From the IMG/VR virus record IMGVR_UViG_3300031861_000009, positions 1-34,184 of that record: a DNA stretch of 34,184 nucleotides, one strand, 5' to 3'. The notes under the pieces were generated by a model. That model saw only the letters and a list, made by a program, of their open reading frames with translations. It was not told the origin of the DNA and searched no databases. Shown one piece after another: positions 8,644-16,472 of the stretch. This DNA comes from a virus (taxonomy: Duplodnaviria > Caudoviricetes). The position numbers were made by a program, and so were the translations under genes. The stretch's first letter is position 1; every line of letters begins with the position of its first letter.

Positions 8644-11166
8644 ATGGCTCAACAAAATATCCCTGACAATTCAAACTTGAAAGTGTCAGCCGGAAAACCA
8701 TTGACTGCTGATTTGTGGAATCGTGTCATCGAGAGATTACCCAGCACGGATGCTGGGGCCGGCACTTCTGTTTCTCTAATCAACAAAACCGTTGTTCAAT
8801 GCAAGGCACATCGTGACATTGACATCGCAGAGGTGTTAGGTGTTTCATCGTATCTCGGTGTCGATGATGATGTATACGAGATCGCACCATCGCACATATT
8901 AGAATTGTCTGCGGTTGTTTGGCCGGATGACTGTCACCAAATTGTTATCGCTGAACGACCCGTGCTGACCGATGAGATTGGTCCGTTCGCGTATAACGGT
9001 GGTGCGATTGTAAACCTCGATCAATCATTGGCAGGTGATTACGCATTCCCTGATCCTGCTGACACAACTCAGATGAAGCGATCAACCAGCGGGTATCGAA
9101 TACTCAATCTGGTAAACACATCACAAGCGGTTGTTAGTCTCGGTGATACTCAGCCACTCTGGAAATACCAACTGACATCTGCGTATGCAGGCACGGCAAC
9201 AGGTCAGGCAAAAATTCTCACGTTGAATGATGGGGTGTTCAAAGGAACTCCGCAGACGATCAATTTTGCAGCCGATTGTAAACCTGATTCGCTTGACGTT
9301 GGGCATGTTGGTTATGTGGTGTTCGCCAATGGTGCATTTTGGGTAACTGATTTTTGCAGCACGGGTGGAACAGGAACACCCCGCATTCGATTCAAACTGA
9401 TCAACAAATTCAATGATACTGGTCAGGCTGATGCGGATGTTCTGGATACATTTGGGGAAACAGGTTTTGTTCGTGGCGATCCTGTTGTTGTGAATGATCC
9501 TCGGAAACTGTTTGCACATGCTATTGGTGAAAGCAATATAAACATCACGCCGAACACATACTTTCCCTGCGGTGGTTCAGTCGGTTATGCGGTGTTGACG
9601 CAGGCACCTGACATTGAACCACCGTCGACCGCTGATTATCCTCGATGGGAAGTTGAACAGTGTACGCAGACCATCGAGAAAATGAGGGTGTGGGTTTACG
9701 TTGACGATGCCAGCGGTGGACCACACCAACAGCCAACTGGTCAGACGGTGCCACCGGAGCCGAGCCTGACATTGTATTTCAGCAATCTGAATGCGGTGCA
9801 GTCACGTTGGCCCGATGTTGATTATTGCGAATCGTGGAGTGATTCAGGTGGTGGGTCAATCCCGTACACTTACAAAGTTGAGAATGTAACGAACCCGCAC
9901 CGATTTTCGGCAATAAGCGGTTCATGGTGCATCATTGAGAAAACAACATGGCCGCAGCGTGCGGAGGATTCATGTAATGATTTGACACCGTATGCCGGCA
10001 TGACTGGAATACCTGATGAATGGGTTATCACGGATGTTCAAAAACCACTGGCTAGATGGATCCGAGTTAAATACTTGCAAGACACCGATCCGAAATGGGA
10101 ATACGATAGCGAATTTGCGGAAGGTGATAGCCCGGTATTGTATTTCCCTCCTGCGATTCCTTTGAATACAAAAATACGAACCGCACCCGGCATGGTTACG
10201 GGATGCTTGATCGTAGGCGAAAAGGGTTGGGCGTTTTGGGATCCGAATGAGCAGTTTTATAATGTTGTGATGACAAATTCAGCGTTGTACGGATCACCTG
10301 TTGATGTGACTATCGTTGGAAAGATTGGAACCACCGATGATCCGATCACGGTTGCTGGTTGCGAGATTGAGTACAACAAAATTCACGAGATACCGATGTT
10401 CGGTATTAAACCATCCGAATGCACACCGGATGAAACTACCGTCACGCTCGCACTAGCAACCGAATCCATTGCAGTTGTCACCGGATACACGATTGATCCT
10501 GCGGACCCTACTGCGGTTTGCCTCAACTCGACAGTGATCTATGTTTGCAAAACTGAAACTGGTCCTGACCTGCCGTGTTTCGATGTTTGTGATCCATGCG
10601 AGCCAACTGGTTGTTGCCAATACCCACCGGGAACATACACGCCGGGAATGACGTTAAGTGAATGCGATGCAATTAGTGGTGATTGGGTTGAGGGTCCATG
10701 CCCCGAATTGTGTTTCGAGTGTTACGAATGCAACATTGGTTACGGCATCAAATTTGATCTGGACAACATATCGTGGGATGCTGCGGCAGCGACAAGCGGT
10801 TTTGCAGGGGGTGCAGATATTGCCACAGCAGTTTGGGCGAACCCAACATCAGGTAGTGATTGTTGTGCGAAATTGACTGTCACCTTTACGAATGTGCCTG
10901 CCGGCGGAACACTGACAGCAATACGTGTCGCAGAGGTTTGTATGCAATCATCTGCAACATGCTCGACCAGTCACGAGTTGGTTCTCGATTGGGACACTGC
11001 CACATTTGATGGTTGCACACTTCCGACTGTTCTCGGTTGTGTCACAAGCGGTTCGCCATGCGTTAATGAGTACGGTAACAACTCGCCTTGCATCGTTCCC
11101 ACCAATCCTTCGGGGACTGGTTCATGGGACGAGGTGGTCATTAACACTCTCGCGTGTGATCCATGA
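8644..11166 (+). CDS. Large tail tip / receptor-binding protein with Cys-rich C-terminus
   Basis: ~840 aa at the end of the tail module; KVSAGKPLTADLWN N-terminus; many Cys in the last third. Likely start ATG 8644. Confidence 0.55.
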   Translation: MAQQNIPDNSNLKVSAGKPLTADLWNRVIERLPSTDAGAGTSVSLINKTVVQCKAHRDIDIAEVLGVSSYLGVDDDVYEIAPSHILELSAVVWPDDCHQIVIAERPVLTDEIGPFAYNGGAIVNLDQSLAGDYAFPDPADTTQMKRSTSGYRILNLVNTSQAVVSLGDTQPLWKYQLTSAYAGTATGQAKILTLNDGVFKGTPQTINFAADCKPDSLDVGHVGYVVFANGAFWVTDFCSTGGTGTPRIRFKLINKFNDTGQADADVLDTFGETGFVRGDPVVVNDPRKLFAHAIGESNINITPNTYFPCGGSVGYAVLTQAPDIEPPSTADYPRWEVEQCTQTIEKMRVWVYVDDASGGPHQQPTGQTVPPEPSLTLYFSNLNAVQSRWPDVDYCESWSDSGGGSIPYTYKVENVTNPHRFSAISGSWCIIEKTTWPQRAEDSCNDLTPYAGMTGIPDEWVITDVQKPLARWIRVKYLQDTDPKWEYDSEFAEGDSPVLYFPPAIPLNTKIRTAPGMVTGCLIVGEKGWAFWDPNEQFYNVVMTNSALYGSPVDVTIVGKIGTTDDPITVAGCEIEYNKIHEIPMFGIKPSECTPDETTVTLALATESIAVVTGYTIDPADPTAVCLNSTVIYVCKTETGPDLPCFDVCDPCEPTGCCQYPPGTYTPGMTLSECDAISGDWVEGPCPELCFECYECNIGYGIKFDLDNISWDAAAATSGFAGGADIATAVWANPTSGSDCCAKLTVTFTNVPAGGTLTAIRVAEVCMQSSATCSTSHELVLDWDTATFDGCTLPTVLGCVTSGSPCVNEYGNNSPCIVPTNPSGTGSWDEVVINTLACDP

Positions 11167-11438
11167 GTAGATTGGGCGTTGGAGATTTGATTGCTAAATG
11201 GATTCCTGAGTGGATCCAAAAGGATCACGATATTGAATGTGACTGTAAGAAAGTGAAACAGGAATTGAACGCATCAATGCCTGATCAGATTGAACTACAT
11301 ATTCAATACTACATCGATCATTTCATAAACCAGAAACGTCATCTTCGTTTCGGTCTGAGATTGATACCAGACTTCATCTTGCGAATGTTCATTCGAGCAA
11401 TGATCAAAAAAGCAACGTCTCAAATACGACAATCTTGA
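11163..11438 (+). CDS. Hypothetical protein with CxC motif (tail-associated)
   Basis: ATGA overlap with the previous gene; GVGDLIAKWI...CDCKKVKQELN. Confidence 0.6.
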   Translation: MSRLGVGDLIAKWIPEWIQKDHDIECDCKKVKQELNASMPDQIELHIQYYIDHFINQKRHLRFGLRLIPDFILRMFIRAMIKKATSQIRQS

Positions 11439-11719
11439 AGTCGTATTCTGACCTTCTCGCTGACCTATCTTTCAGCCAACCCCCCTGTGGCTTTTGTATG
11501 GAAACAGGCTTGAAGTCTAGATTCTGAAAAGATTCTCTAAAAAAACTTTCCTCAGATAGCTTGCTCTGGATGGGTGTCCATTCAGGTCAATAAGCAGACC
11601 CCTAGAAATCTTTTACTAGGGGGCAGATTGGGATGGAACTAGACCCCTCTTTACTGTCTACTGGTTTAGGTGAAGGTTAGCTACCTTCACTAACTGATCT
11701 TTCTCAATCTATCTAACGC

Positions 11720-12223
11720 ACCCGGCAGTGATCTGAGCCGTCCGGGGATCGACCAACTCGCGGGGGAAGTAACCCCCTGAACTACGAGAGCGAGCTACTT
11801 CGAAACGCATAGCCTTTCAGAAGTATCTCAATCAGAGTCAGGGGATGAAAAGTCCACGAGCCAAAACCAAAACTTCATCTAGTTCCTTCTGGTGCGGGGA
11901 TGTTTGTTGCGGACAGTCGATCATAAACATTAACGTGTTGCGGGTAAGTCTTACGAGCCCCGACCGACCGCCGGATAAACATTTGCAATCGCAAGTGAGG
12001 CGGGTAGCCAAGGAACGTTCCTCGATTTGAGTTCCTCTGAACTACGAACAACAAACACAAGCCGCGAAGCCGCTTACTGTTTGAAGAACGAGTCAGAGAT
12101 TCAAATGATTCAGTCGAAGGTTAACGAAGGCTATGCTCAGTTCGAGCCAAACCAAACGCAACACCCTGACCTAGTCAGTAACTTTCGAGAGACAAGTCCT
12201 CTCGCGAGCGAACGCGGTCGGTC
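11720..12223 (+). ncRNA. Large (~500 nt) highly structured ncRNA candidate, class unknown
   Basis: No credible ORF; long-range complements 11747-54/12216-23, 11757-62/12203-08, 11807-16/12127-36 and 11901-09/12049-57; pseudoknot 11837-43/12164-70; many local hairpins; ends at a hammerhead cut site. The 5' boundary is uncertain. Confidence 0.65.
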
Positions 12224-12268
12224 GCATGGCACTGGTAGCCATGCCTGATGAGATACCTCGAAACCGAT
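12217..12268 (+). ncRNA. Hammerhead ribozyme, type III (HH1); predicted cut after C12223
   Basis: Stem III UCGGU/ACCGA, GUC site, stem I GCAUGGC/GCCAUGC, core CUGAUGA 12245-51, 2-bp stem II, GAAA 12260-63; loop I GGUA is complementary to loop II UACC. Confidence 0.85.
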
Positions 12269-12281
12269 AACAGGAAACACA

Positions 12282-12632
12282 ATGACGAATTCAAAAGTCA
12301 AACGACAAATCGAAAAAGCAACCGGCACCACAATCAAGCTGAGTTCATGGAAGTGCGACTCACACTACGAAGGACATGCAGAAGCATACGCAAATTGTGA
12401 GAAGGTTCGCTATCACACTGGCTACACGAAGTGGACAGGCGACATAGTTATGAAAGGAGAACAGTGGGAAGCCAAGACGAAGGAAGCAAGCAACAGGGGT
12501 AGCCTACTTGCTCTCGCAATCAACTTCGAACTGCACGACATCGCAGACGAGATCATCGCGACTATCGAAACGATACGCAATGTAGAACTCGCAGCATACT
12601 GCGGCGTCACTGACCTCAACCACCTCAACTAA
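12282..12632 (+). CDS. Hypothetical early protein
   Basis: 116 aa; CAGGA RBS right after HH1. Confidence 0.75.
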   Translation: MTNSKVKRQIEKATGTTIKLSSWKCDSHYEGHAEAYANCEKVRYHTGYTKWTGDIVMKGEQWEAKTKEASNRGSLLALAINFELHDIADEIIATIETIRNVELAAYCGVTDLNHLN

Positions 12633-12674
12633 CACAATCACTTTTAACAACACCAACACCAACCCCGGAGAACA

Positions 12675-12875
12675 ATGATGAAAGATACTACACGTTCAAG
12701 AATAAACGGCCAATGCAGTTGTGGCCGAAAGTTTGAAAAAGTAACGGTAGACAGAGTCGCAACTACCGTTTGCAAAAGGACATGCCGCAAGTGTGGAAGT
12801 AAATGGCAATTGATTTTCAAGCCAATGACGTTCAACGGCTTGACGACACAGTTGATGAGTGGAACTAAGGTATAA
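12675..12875 (+). CDS. Small Zn-finger-like protein
   Basis: CSCG...CRKCG; CCGGAG RBS. Confidence 0.7.
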   Translation: MMKDTTRSRINGQCSCGRKFEKVTVDRVATTVCKRTCRKCGSKWQLIFKPMTFNGLTTQLMSGTKV

Positions 12876-12922
12876 GAACGAACAACGTAACAACAACAAC
12901 AACAACAACGAGGAATAGAACG

Positions 12923-13141
12923 ATGATGCAAAAGTTAAATAAATGGATCGCTGATACTTTTCCGCACCTTGGAAAGATCGAACTCGTCAAAGGCAATGGC
13001 TACTTTTACTTTTGTGCGGATGACTGGCGGCTGGACATTCAGTCGATTGGCGTTTGTCACTTGAACCACGGAACGATTTACCAGTGGAAAACATGGATGG
13101 CCGACGAGATCAACGATGCAGTCAAAGACGCAAATCTCTAA
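12923..13141 (+). CDS. Hypothetical early protein
   Basis: (CAA)n leader plus GAGGA RBS; LVKGNGYFYF. Confidence 0.75.
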   Translation: MMQKLNKWIADTFPHLGKIELVKGNGYFYFCADDWRLDIQSIGVCHLNHGTIYQWKTWMADEINDAVKDANL

Positions 13142-13173
13142 TCCAACAACAACAACAACACCGGAGAACAAAG

Positions 13174-13713
13174 ATGATGACTTATACATCCAAGGGCGTA
13201 GCAAGAGCAATCGCAGCAGCGATAATCGCAGGAGCGGACACCAAAGCTGAAATGGCTAAAGACATATTGACGATACATGATTTGCTGCTTGAAGGTTCGA
13301 TGTGCATGGGAGAAGAAATCAGCGAGAACGAAATACATCACTGGGGTGATGGCAAGTATCAAGCACAGCAAGAGTTCATCGATGATCTTTCGCTTCACCT
13401 TGAAGCATTCGGTGAGGAACTATCGCGTGAAGAAAGTCAAGACGACAAAGATGAAGAGGTGGTAGAGATTAAGCCTATCAAGGTTGGAGACAAGCTAACT
13501 CTTGAAAGACATCCCGTACTGCATTCCAACTCAGTCGCTGCTTACAAGGTAACGACCAAGACAGTAACAAAGGTTAGTGAATGGTCTAACGGGACACCAG
13601 AGAAGTTCCATGTATCATTCAAAGGAATGAAGGGACGCTTCACGGTCAACACAAAAACGGGTTGGGTACATGGTGAAAAGTCACGCTACTGCATCATGGT
13701 CCCAGTCAAGTAA
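13174..13713 (+). CDS. Hypothetical early protein (acidic N-half, SH3-like C-half)
   Basis: Start reassigned to ATG 13174 behind the (CAA)n-CCGGAGA leader. Confidence 0.7.
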   Translation: MMTYTSKGVARAIAAAIIAGADTKAEMAKDILTIHDLLLEGSMCMGEEISENEIHHWGDGKYQAQQEFIDDLSLHLEAFGEELSREESQDDKDEEVVEIKPIKVGDKLTLERHPVLHSNSVAAYKVTTKTVTKVSEWSNGTPEKFHVSFKGMKGRFTVNTKTGWVHGEKSRYCIMVPVK

Positions 13714-13749
13714 TCACAATTCAATTCACATTCACACCGGAGAACGAAG

Positions 13750-13965
13750 ATGAGATTCTATATCAAATTCACTTTCTGCCCATCGCATACTACAGACCAG
13801 TACTTGAGAGGTGTTAGCAAGCGTCACGGAATACAGTGGACCGAGAACAAGAGTGAGGCAAAGACATGGGCTACCCGCAAGGGAGCAGAGAAGTATCACG
13901 CAAAACTGAGACTTACATTCTCATTCGTGAAAGCCGAATTTGGTAATCCCACCGAGTGCAACTAG
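13750..13965 (+). CDS. Hypothetical early protein
   Basis: CACCGGAGA RBS; 71 aa; AKTWATRKGAEK. Confidence 0.7.
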   Translation: MRFYIKFTFCPSHTTDQYLRGVSKRHGIQWTENKSEAKTWATRKGAEKYHAKLRLTFSFVKAEFGNPTECN

Positions 13966-14007
13966 CCATTACATCCTTTACAACAACAACAACACCGGAG
14001 AACAGTT

Positions 14008-14202
14008 ATGAAGTGTAGAACATGCAAAAGCAAGAAAGTCAACGACAGGAATCAATGCAAAGACTGCGGATTGGAAATCTGCATTCACACGGGCAAGAAC
14101 TTCGGCGGCAAAAGTTGGATGGACGAGGCATCGGTTCACCTGTGCGTGAAGTGCTGCAAGGTACGAGCGAGTAAGTGGTTGGAAGATAAGCGGAGCGTTT
14201 GA
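14008..14202 (+). CDS. Cys-rich Zn-finger-like protein
   Basis: CRTC, CKDC, CVKCC; (CAA)n-CCGGAG leader. Confidence 0.7.
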   Translation: MKCRTCKSKKVNDRNQCKDCGLEICIHTGKNFGGKSWMDEASVHLCVKCCKVRASKWLEDKRSV

Positions 14203-14235
14203 GTAAACAACAACAACAACAACGGAGACAGAATT

Positions 14236-14469
14236 ATGAGTAAGTATTACGTCTTGGTAGTGAAGGAATTTGAAGACGAAGCGTTTGGCATGGAGTTTGG
14301 TTGTTATGACCGAAACAACGTTCGGGACGAATTAGCCGACGTGAAGTACACCAACAAGATGAATGGTCATAAAGCGAAGTACGCGATTCTCACTTGCCAG
14401 AATGCAACGCAAGCCAGTATCGACGCTCGCGTTGCTGACTACAACAAGTGTGAACCGACAACCTTTTGA
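14236..14469 (+). CDS. Hypothetical early protein
   Basis: (CAA)n-CGGAGA leader; 77 aa. Confidence 0.75.
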   Translation: MSKYYVLVVKEFEDEAFGMEFGCYDRNNVRDELADVKYTNKMNGHKAKYAILTCQNATQASIDARVADYNKCEPTTF

Positions 14470-14472
14470 AGT

Positions 14473-14489
14473 GCGGATATTAAAAGCAG
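14473..14489 (+). promoter_or_regulatory. Repeated 17-bp intergenic motif GCGGATATTAAAAGCAG, copy 1
   Basis: Exact copy at 14797-14813; both sit right after a stop codon and before a CAA leader. Confidence 0.45.
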
Positions 14490-14521
14490 ACAGTTACAAC
14501 AACAACACCGGAGACAGAGTT

Positions 14522-14794
14522 ATGAGTAAGAAACAATTACCGAGGTACGGAGTTTTGATCGCTCGCTTCACTGTACGAGAATGGCAGAAGAACGGTTGTG
14601 CTATCACAGTGGAATCAAACTGCGGCGAGAAGTACATCTTGATGGCTGGTGACGCCTCGCGTGGTAATGATTTGAGTGAAGTGAAACGTGGCACGAAGAT
14701 TCACGTCCGAAACAACAGGCATCCTGTTGAGAAAACAACGCCTCGGCAAACCGTAGTCGCGACGAGTTGGTATGTAATCACGATAGACGACTGA
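14522..14794 (+). CDS. Hypothetical early protein
   Basis: Start ATG 14522 after GGAGACAGAGTT. Confidence 0.7.
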   Translation: MSKKQLPRYGVLIARFTVREWQKNGCAITVESNCGEKYILMAGDASRGNDLSEVKRGTKIHVRNNRHPVEKTTPRQTVVATSWYVITIDD

Positions 14795-14796
14795 TA

Positions 14797-14813
14797 GCGG
14801 ATATTAAAAGCAG
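14797..14813 (+). promoter_or_regulatory. Repeated 17-bp intergenic motif, copy 2
   Basis: Identical to 14473-14489. Confidence 0.45.
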
Positions 14814-14851
14814 CAAGTAACAACAACAACAAAACTACAGGAGACAGAGTT

Positions 14852-15088
14852 ATGATCTACGTGGTCAACTATTCCGGCGACTCGCGAGGCGAAACGAAAG
14901 AATACTTTGAGTGGTGTACGATATTCGGCACACGAAAGGAAGCAATCAAGTGTGCTAAAGCATTATGCAATGAACAGAACAAGCGTTTGAAGTATGTTCC
15001 TCTCGATAGCGAAGAACATTACACGGACTACGATGCAACCAACTACATCTGCGTTCAACAAAGTCTTCATTGGTCAAACGGTGCATAG
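14852..15088 (+). CDS. Hypothetical early protein
   Basis: GGAGACAGAGTTATG leader; IFGTRKEAIKCA. Confidence 0.7.
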   Translation: MIYVVNYSGDSRGETKEYFEWCTIFGTRKEAIKCAKALCNEQNKRLKYVPLDSEEHYTDYDATNYICVQQSLHWSNGA

Positions 15089-15098
15089 CACCACGCAA

Positions 15099-15159
15099 GT
15101 CGAAACGCCTTCGGGCGTCAGGGCAGGATGGCTACCTGTCCTCTGATGAGACAAGCCAT
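15099..15159 (+). ncRNA. Hammerhead ribozyme, type II (HH2); predicted cut after C15119
   Basis: GUC-GAAA; stem III ACGCC-UUCG-GGCGU; stem I AGGGCAGG/CCUGUCCU; CUGAUGA-GAC; loop I AUGGCU pairs with 3' AGCCAU (pseudoknot). Confidence 0.93.
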
Positions 15160-15181
15160 TTACTTTTACCGGAGAGATGAA

Positions 15182-15874
15182 ATGAAGATTGTTACAAACG
15201 TGAAGCGTATCGCTAGAAACATCCGATTCATTCTGACTGCTGATCTTGCTGATGAGTCAAAGGGTCAAACAAAACTTTGGAAGAAACATCAGATCCTTGA
15301 ACACAGCATCGAGAAATGTGAAAAGGTGGTTGAGGAATACGACATCAACATTGAAGAGGCTGTCAGTGTTCAGATGGACAATGTGGAATTCGAACACCAC
15401 ATTGAAGAGGCTCTTGACCGCATTGATTGGGACGAACAGTGTCAGGAGGCAATGAACAACTATGACAGTACAGAAGATATAAGGATTGCAATTCAAGATT
15501 ATGACATTGAATCCGATATTGAAGAACGAATCAGCGACACTGATTGGTCCACGCATATCGGAGATTTTCTGTCAAGCAAAGTGTTCAAGGATCTGTTGAT
15601 TGATTCAAGTGAGGATCCAATTGATGAAGCAATCCAAAAATGTGTTGACGCCTTCGACTTCTCAGACCTATCCGAAAGCATGAACGAGTCTGCAAGAGAA
15701 TGCATATCAGATATGTTGAACAAGAAACTATCGAAATGCCTCAAGGTACTTGCTGCCACTTTGGAGGTTGAAGATTTTGAAGATGAAGATGATGACGTCA
15801 AGTTAGCGTTGGACGCTCAGGACAAGAAAGCAGAGATTGATCTTGCAAGCGACCCGCTACTTACCATTCTGTAA
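15182..15874 (+). CDS. Highly acidic protein with ~13-aa helical repeats
   Basis: Start ATG 15182 after CCGGAGA; very D/E-rich. Confidence 0.75.
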   Translation: MKIVTNVKRIARNIRFILTADLADESKGQTKLWKKHQILEHSIEKCEKVVEEYDINIEEAVSVQMDNVEFEHHIEEALDRIDWDEQCQEAMNNYDSTEDIRIAIQDYDIESDIEERISDTDWSTHIGDFLSSKVFKDLLIDSSEDPIDEAIQKCVDAFDFSDLSESMNESARECISDMLNKKLSKCLKVLAATLEVEDFEDEDDDVKLALDAQDKKAEIDLASDPLLTIL

Positions 15875-15905
15875 TATCTAACACCACCAACACCGGAGAA
15901 CAAAG

Positions 15906-16184
15906 ATGACTACAGCAAAAGTTGAATATCTTTCAAAGCCAATTCTTGATACAAGGATTTCACGTCCACCAAATCCAAGGGCAGGAATGACCCAGTACGG
16001 TTATACGTCCGTCAAAGGATCAGCAACGCATTGGATGATCGTGGTTGATGGTCGTAAAACATGGCGTCGAGTTTGGGTTTTATGCTTCTCAAATTCTGCA
16101 TCACACTTCATTAACATTAACGGTGACCGATTCTACTTGAAGGAAAGTCAGATGGAACAAATTATCACAGGAGTTACAGAATGA
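15906..16184 (+). CDS. Conserved phage hypothetical protein
   Basis: CCGGAGA RBS; GRKTWRRVWVLCFSNSASHFI resembles a motif common in small phage early proteins. Confidence 0.75.
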   Translation: MTTAKVEYLSKPILDTRISRPPNPRAGMTQYGYTSVKGSATHWMIVVDGRKTWRRVWVLCFSNSASHFININGDRFYLKESQMEQIITGVTE

Positions 16185-16381
16185 GCATTCTATTCCCAGA
16201 AATCAAAGTCCAGTTAACTGGCACTGACGGAAACGCGTTTGCAATCATCGGAAAAGTAATGAAGGCACTCAAGCGTGCTAACGTTTCTAAAGATGATCGC
16301 GACAAATTCATGTCAGAAGTAATGAGCGGCGATTACGACCACGTTTTACAAACGTGTATGAATACCGTAACAGTCACATAG
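16181..16381 (+). CDS. Conserved phage hypothetical protein
   Basis: VQLTGTDGNAFAIIG...SGDYDHVL, a widespread small phage protein motif; AGGAG RBS. Confidence 0.8.
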   Translation: MSILFPEIKVQLTGTDGNAFAIIGKVMKALKRANVSKDDRDKFMSEVMSGDYDHVLQTCMNTVTVT

Positions 16382-16447
16382 TCGAAACGCTGGTCGCAAG
16401 ATCAGCGTCCACAAGATCACGCCCAACTTGTGCTGATGAGACAGGGC
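16381..16447 (+). ncRNA. Hammerhead ribozyme, type II (HH3); predicted cut after C16409
   Basis: GUC-GAAA; stem III CGCUGGUC-GCAA-GAUCAGCG; stem I CACAAG/CUUGUG; CUGAUGA-GAC; loop GCCC pairs with 3' GGGC. Confidence 0.93.
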
Positions 16448-16472
16448 AACACCTTTACACGGAGACAGAGTT

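Noticed and set aside
8644-11166. Diversity-generating retroelement target
   Set aside because: No reverse transcriptase gene and no template/variable repeat pair seen.
11762-11806. Fifth hammerhead (CTGA-ACTAC-GA...CGAAAC)
   Set aside because: Core has a 5-nt insertion and no NUH site with a matching stem III strand is positioned correctly.
11720-12223. tmRNA, tRNA or RNase P identity for the structured RNA
   Set aside because: No acceptor stem with CCA; GTTCGA at 12140 lacks a T-arm stem; no tag-peptide ORF or RNase P P4 consensus recognised.
11845-12337. Short ORFs on both strands in the ncRNA block
   Set aside because: No RBS of the type used by real genes here, no protein-like features, and they overlap the helices and HH1.
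12880-14835. CRISPR array or polyQ coding microsatellites
   Set aside because: CAA runs are short intergenic leaders separated by whole genes; there is no constant repeat-spacer period and no cas genes. The QQQQQ in ORF 13054 comes from a wrongly extended start.
15128-15181. N-terminal extension of the acidic protein from ATG 15128
   Set aside because: This ATG lies in the HH2 loop; the CCGGAGA RBS supports ATG 15182.
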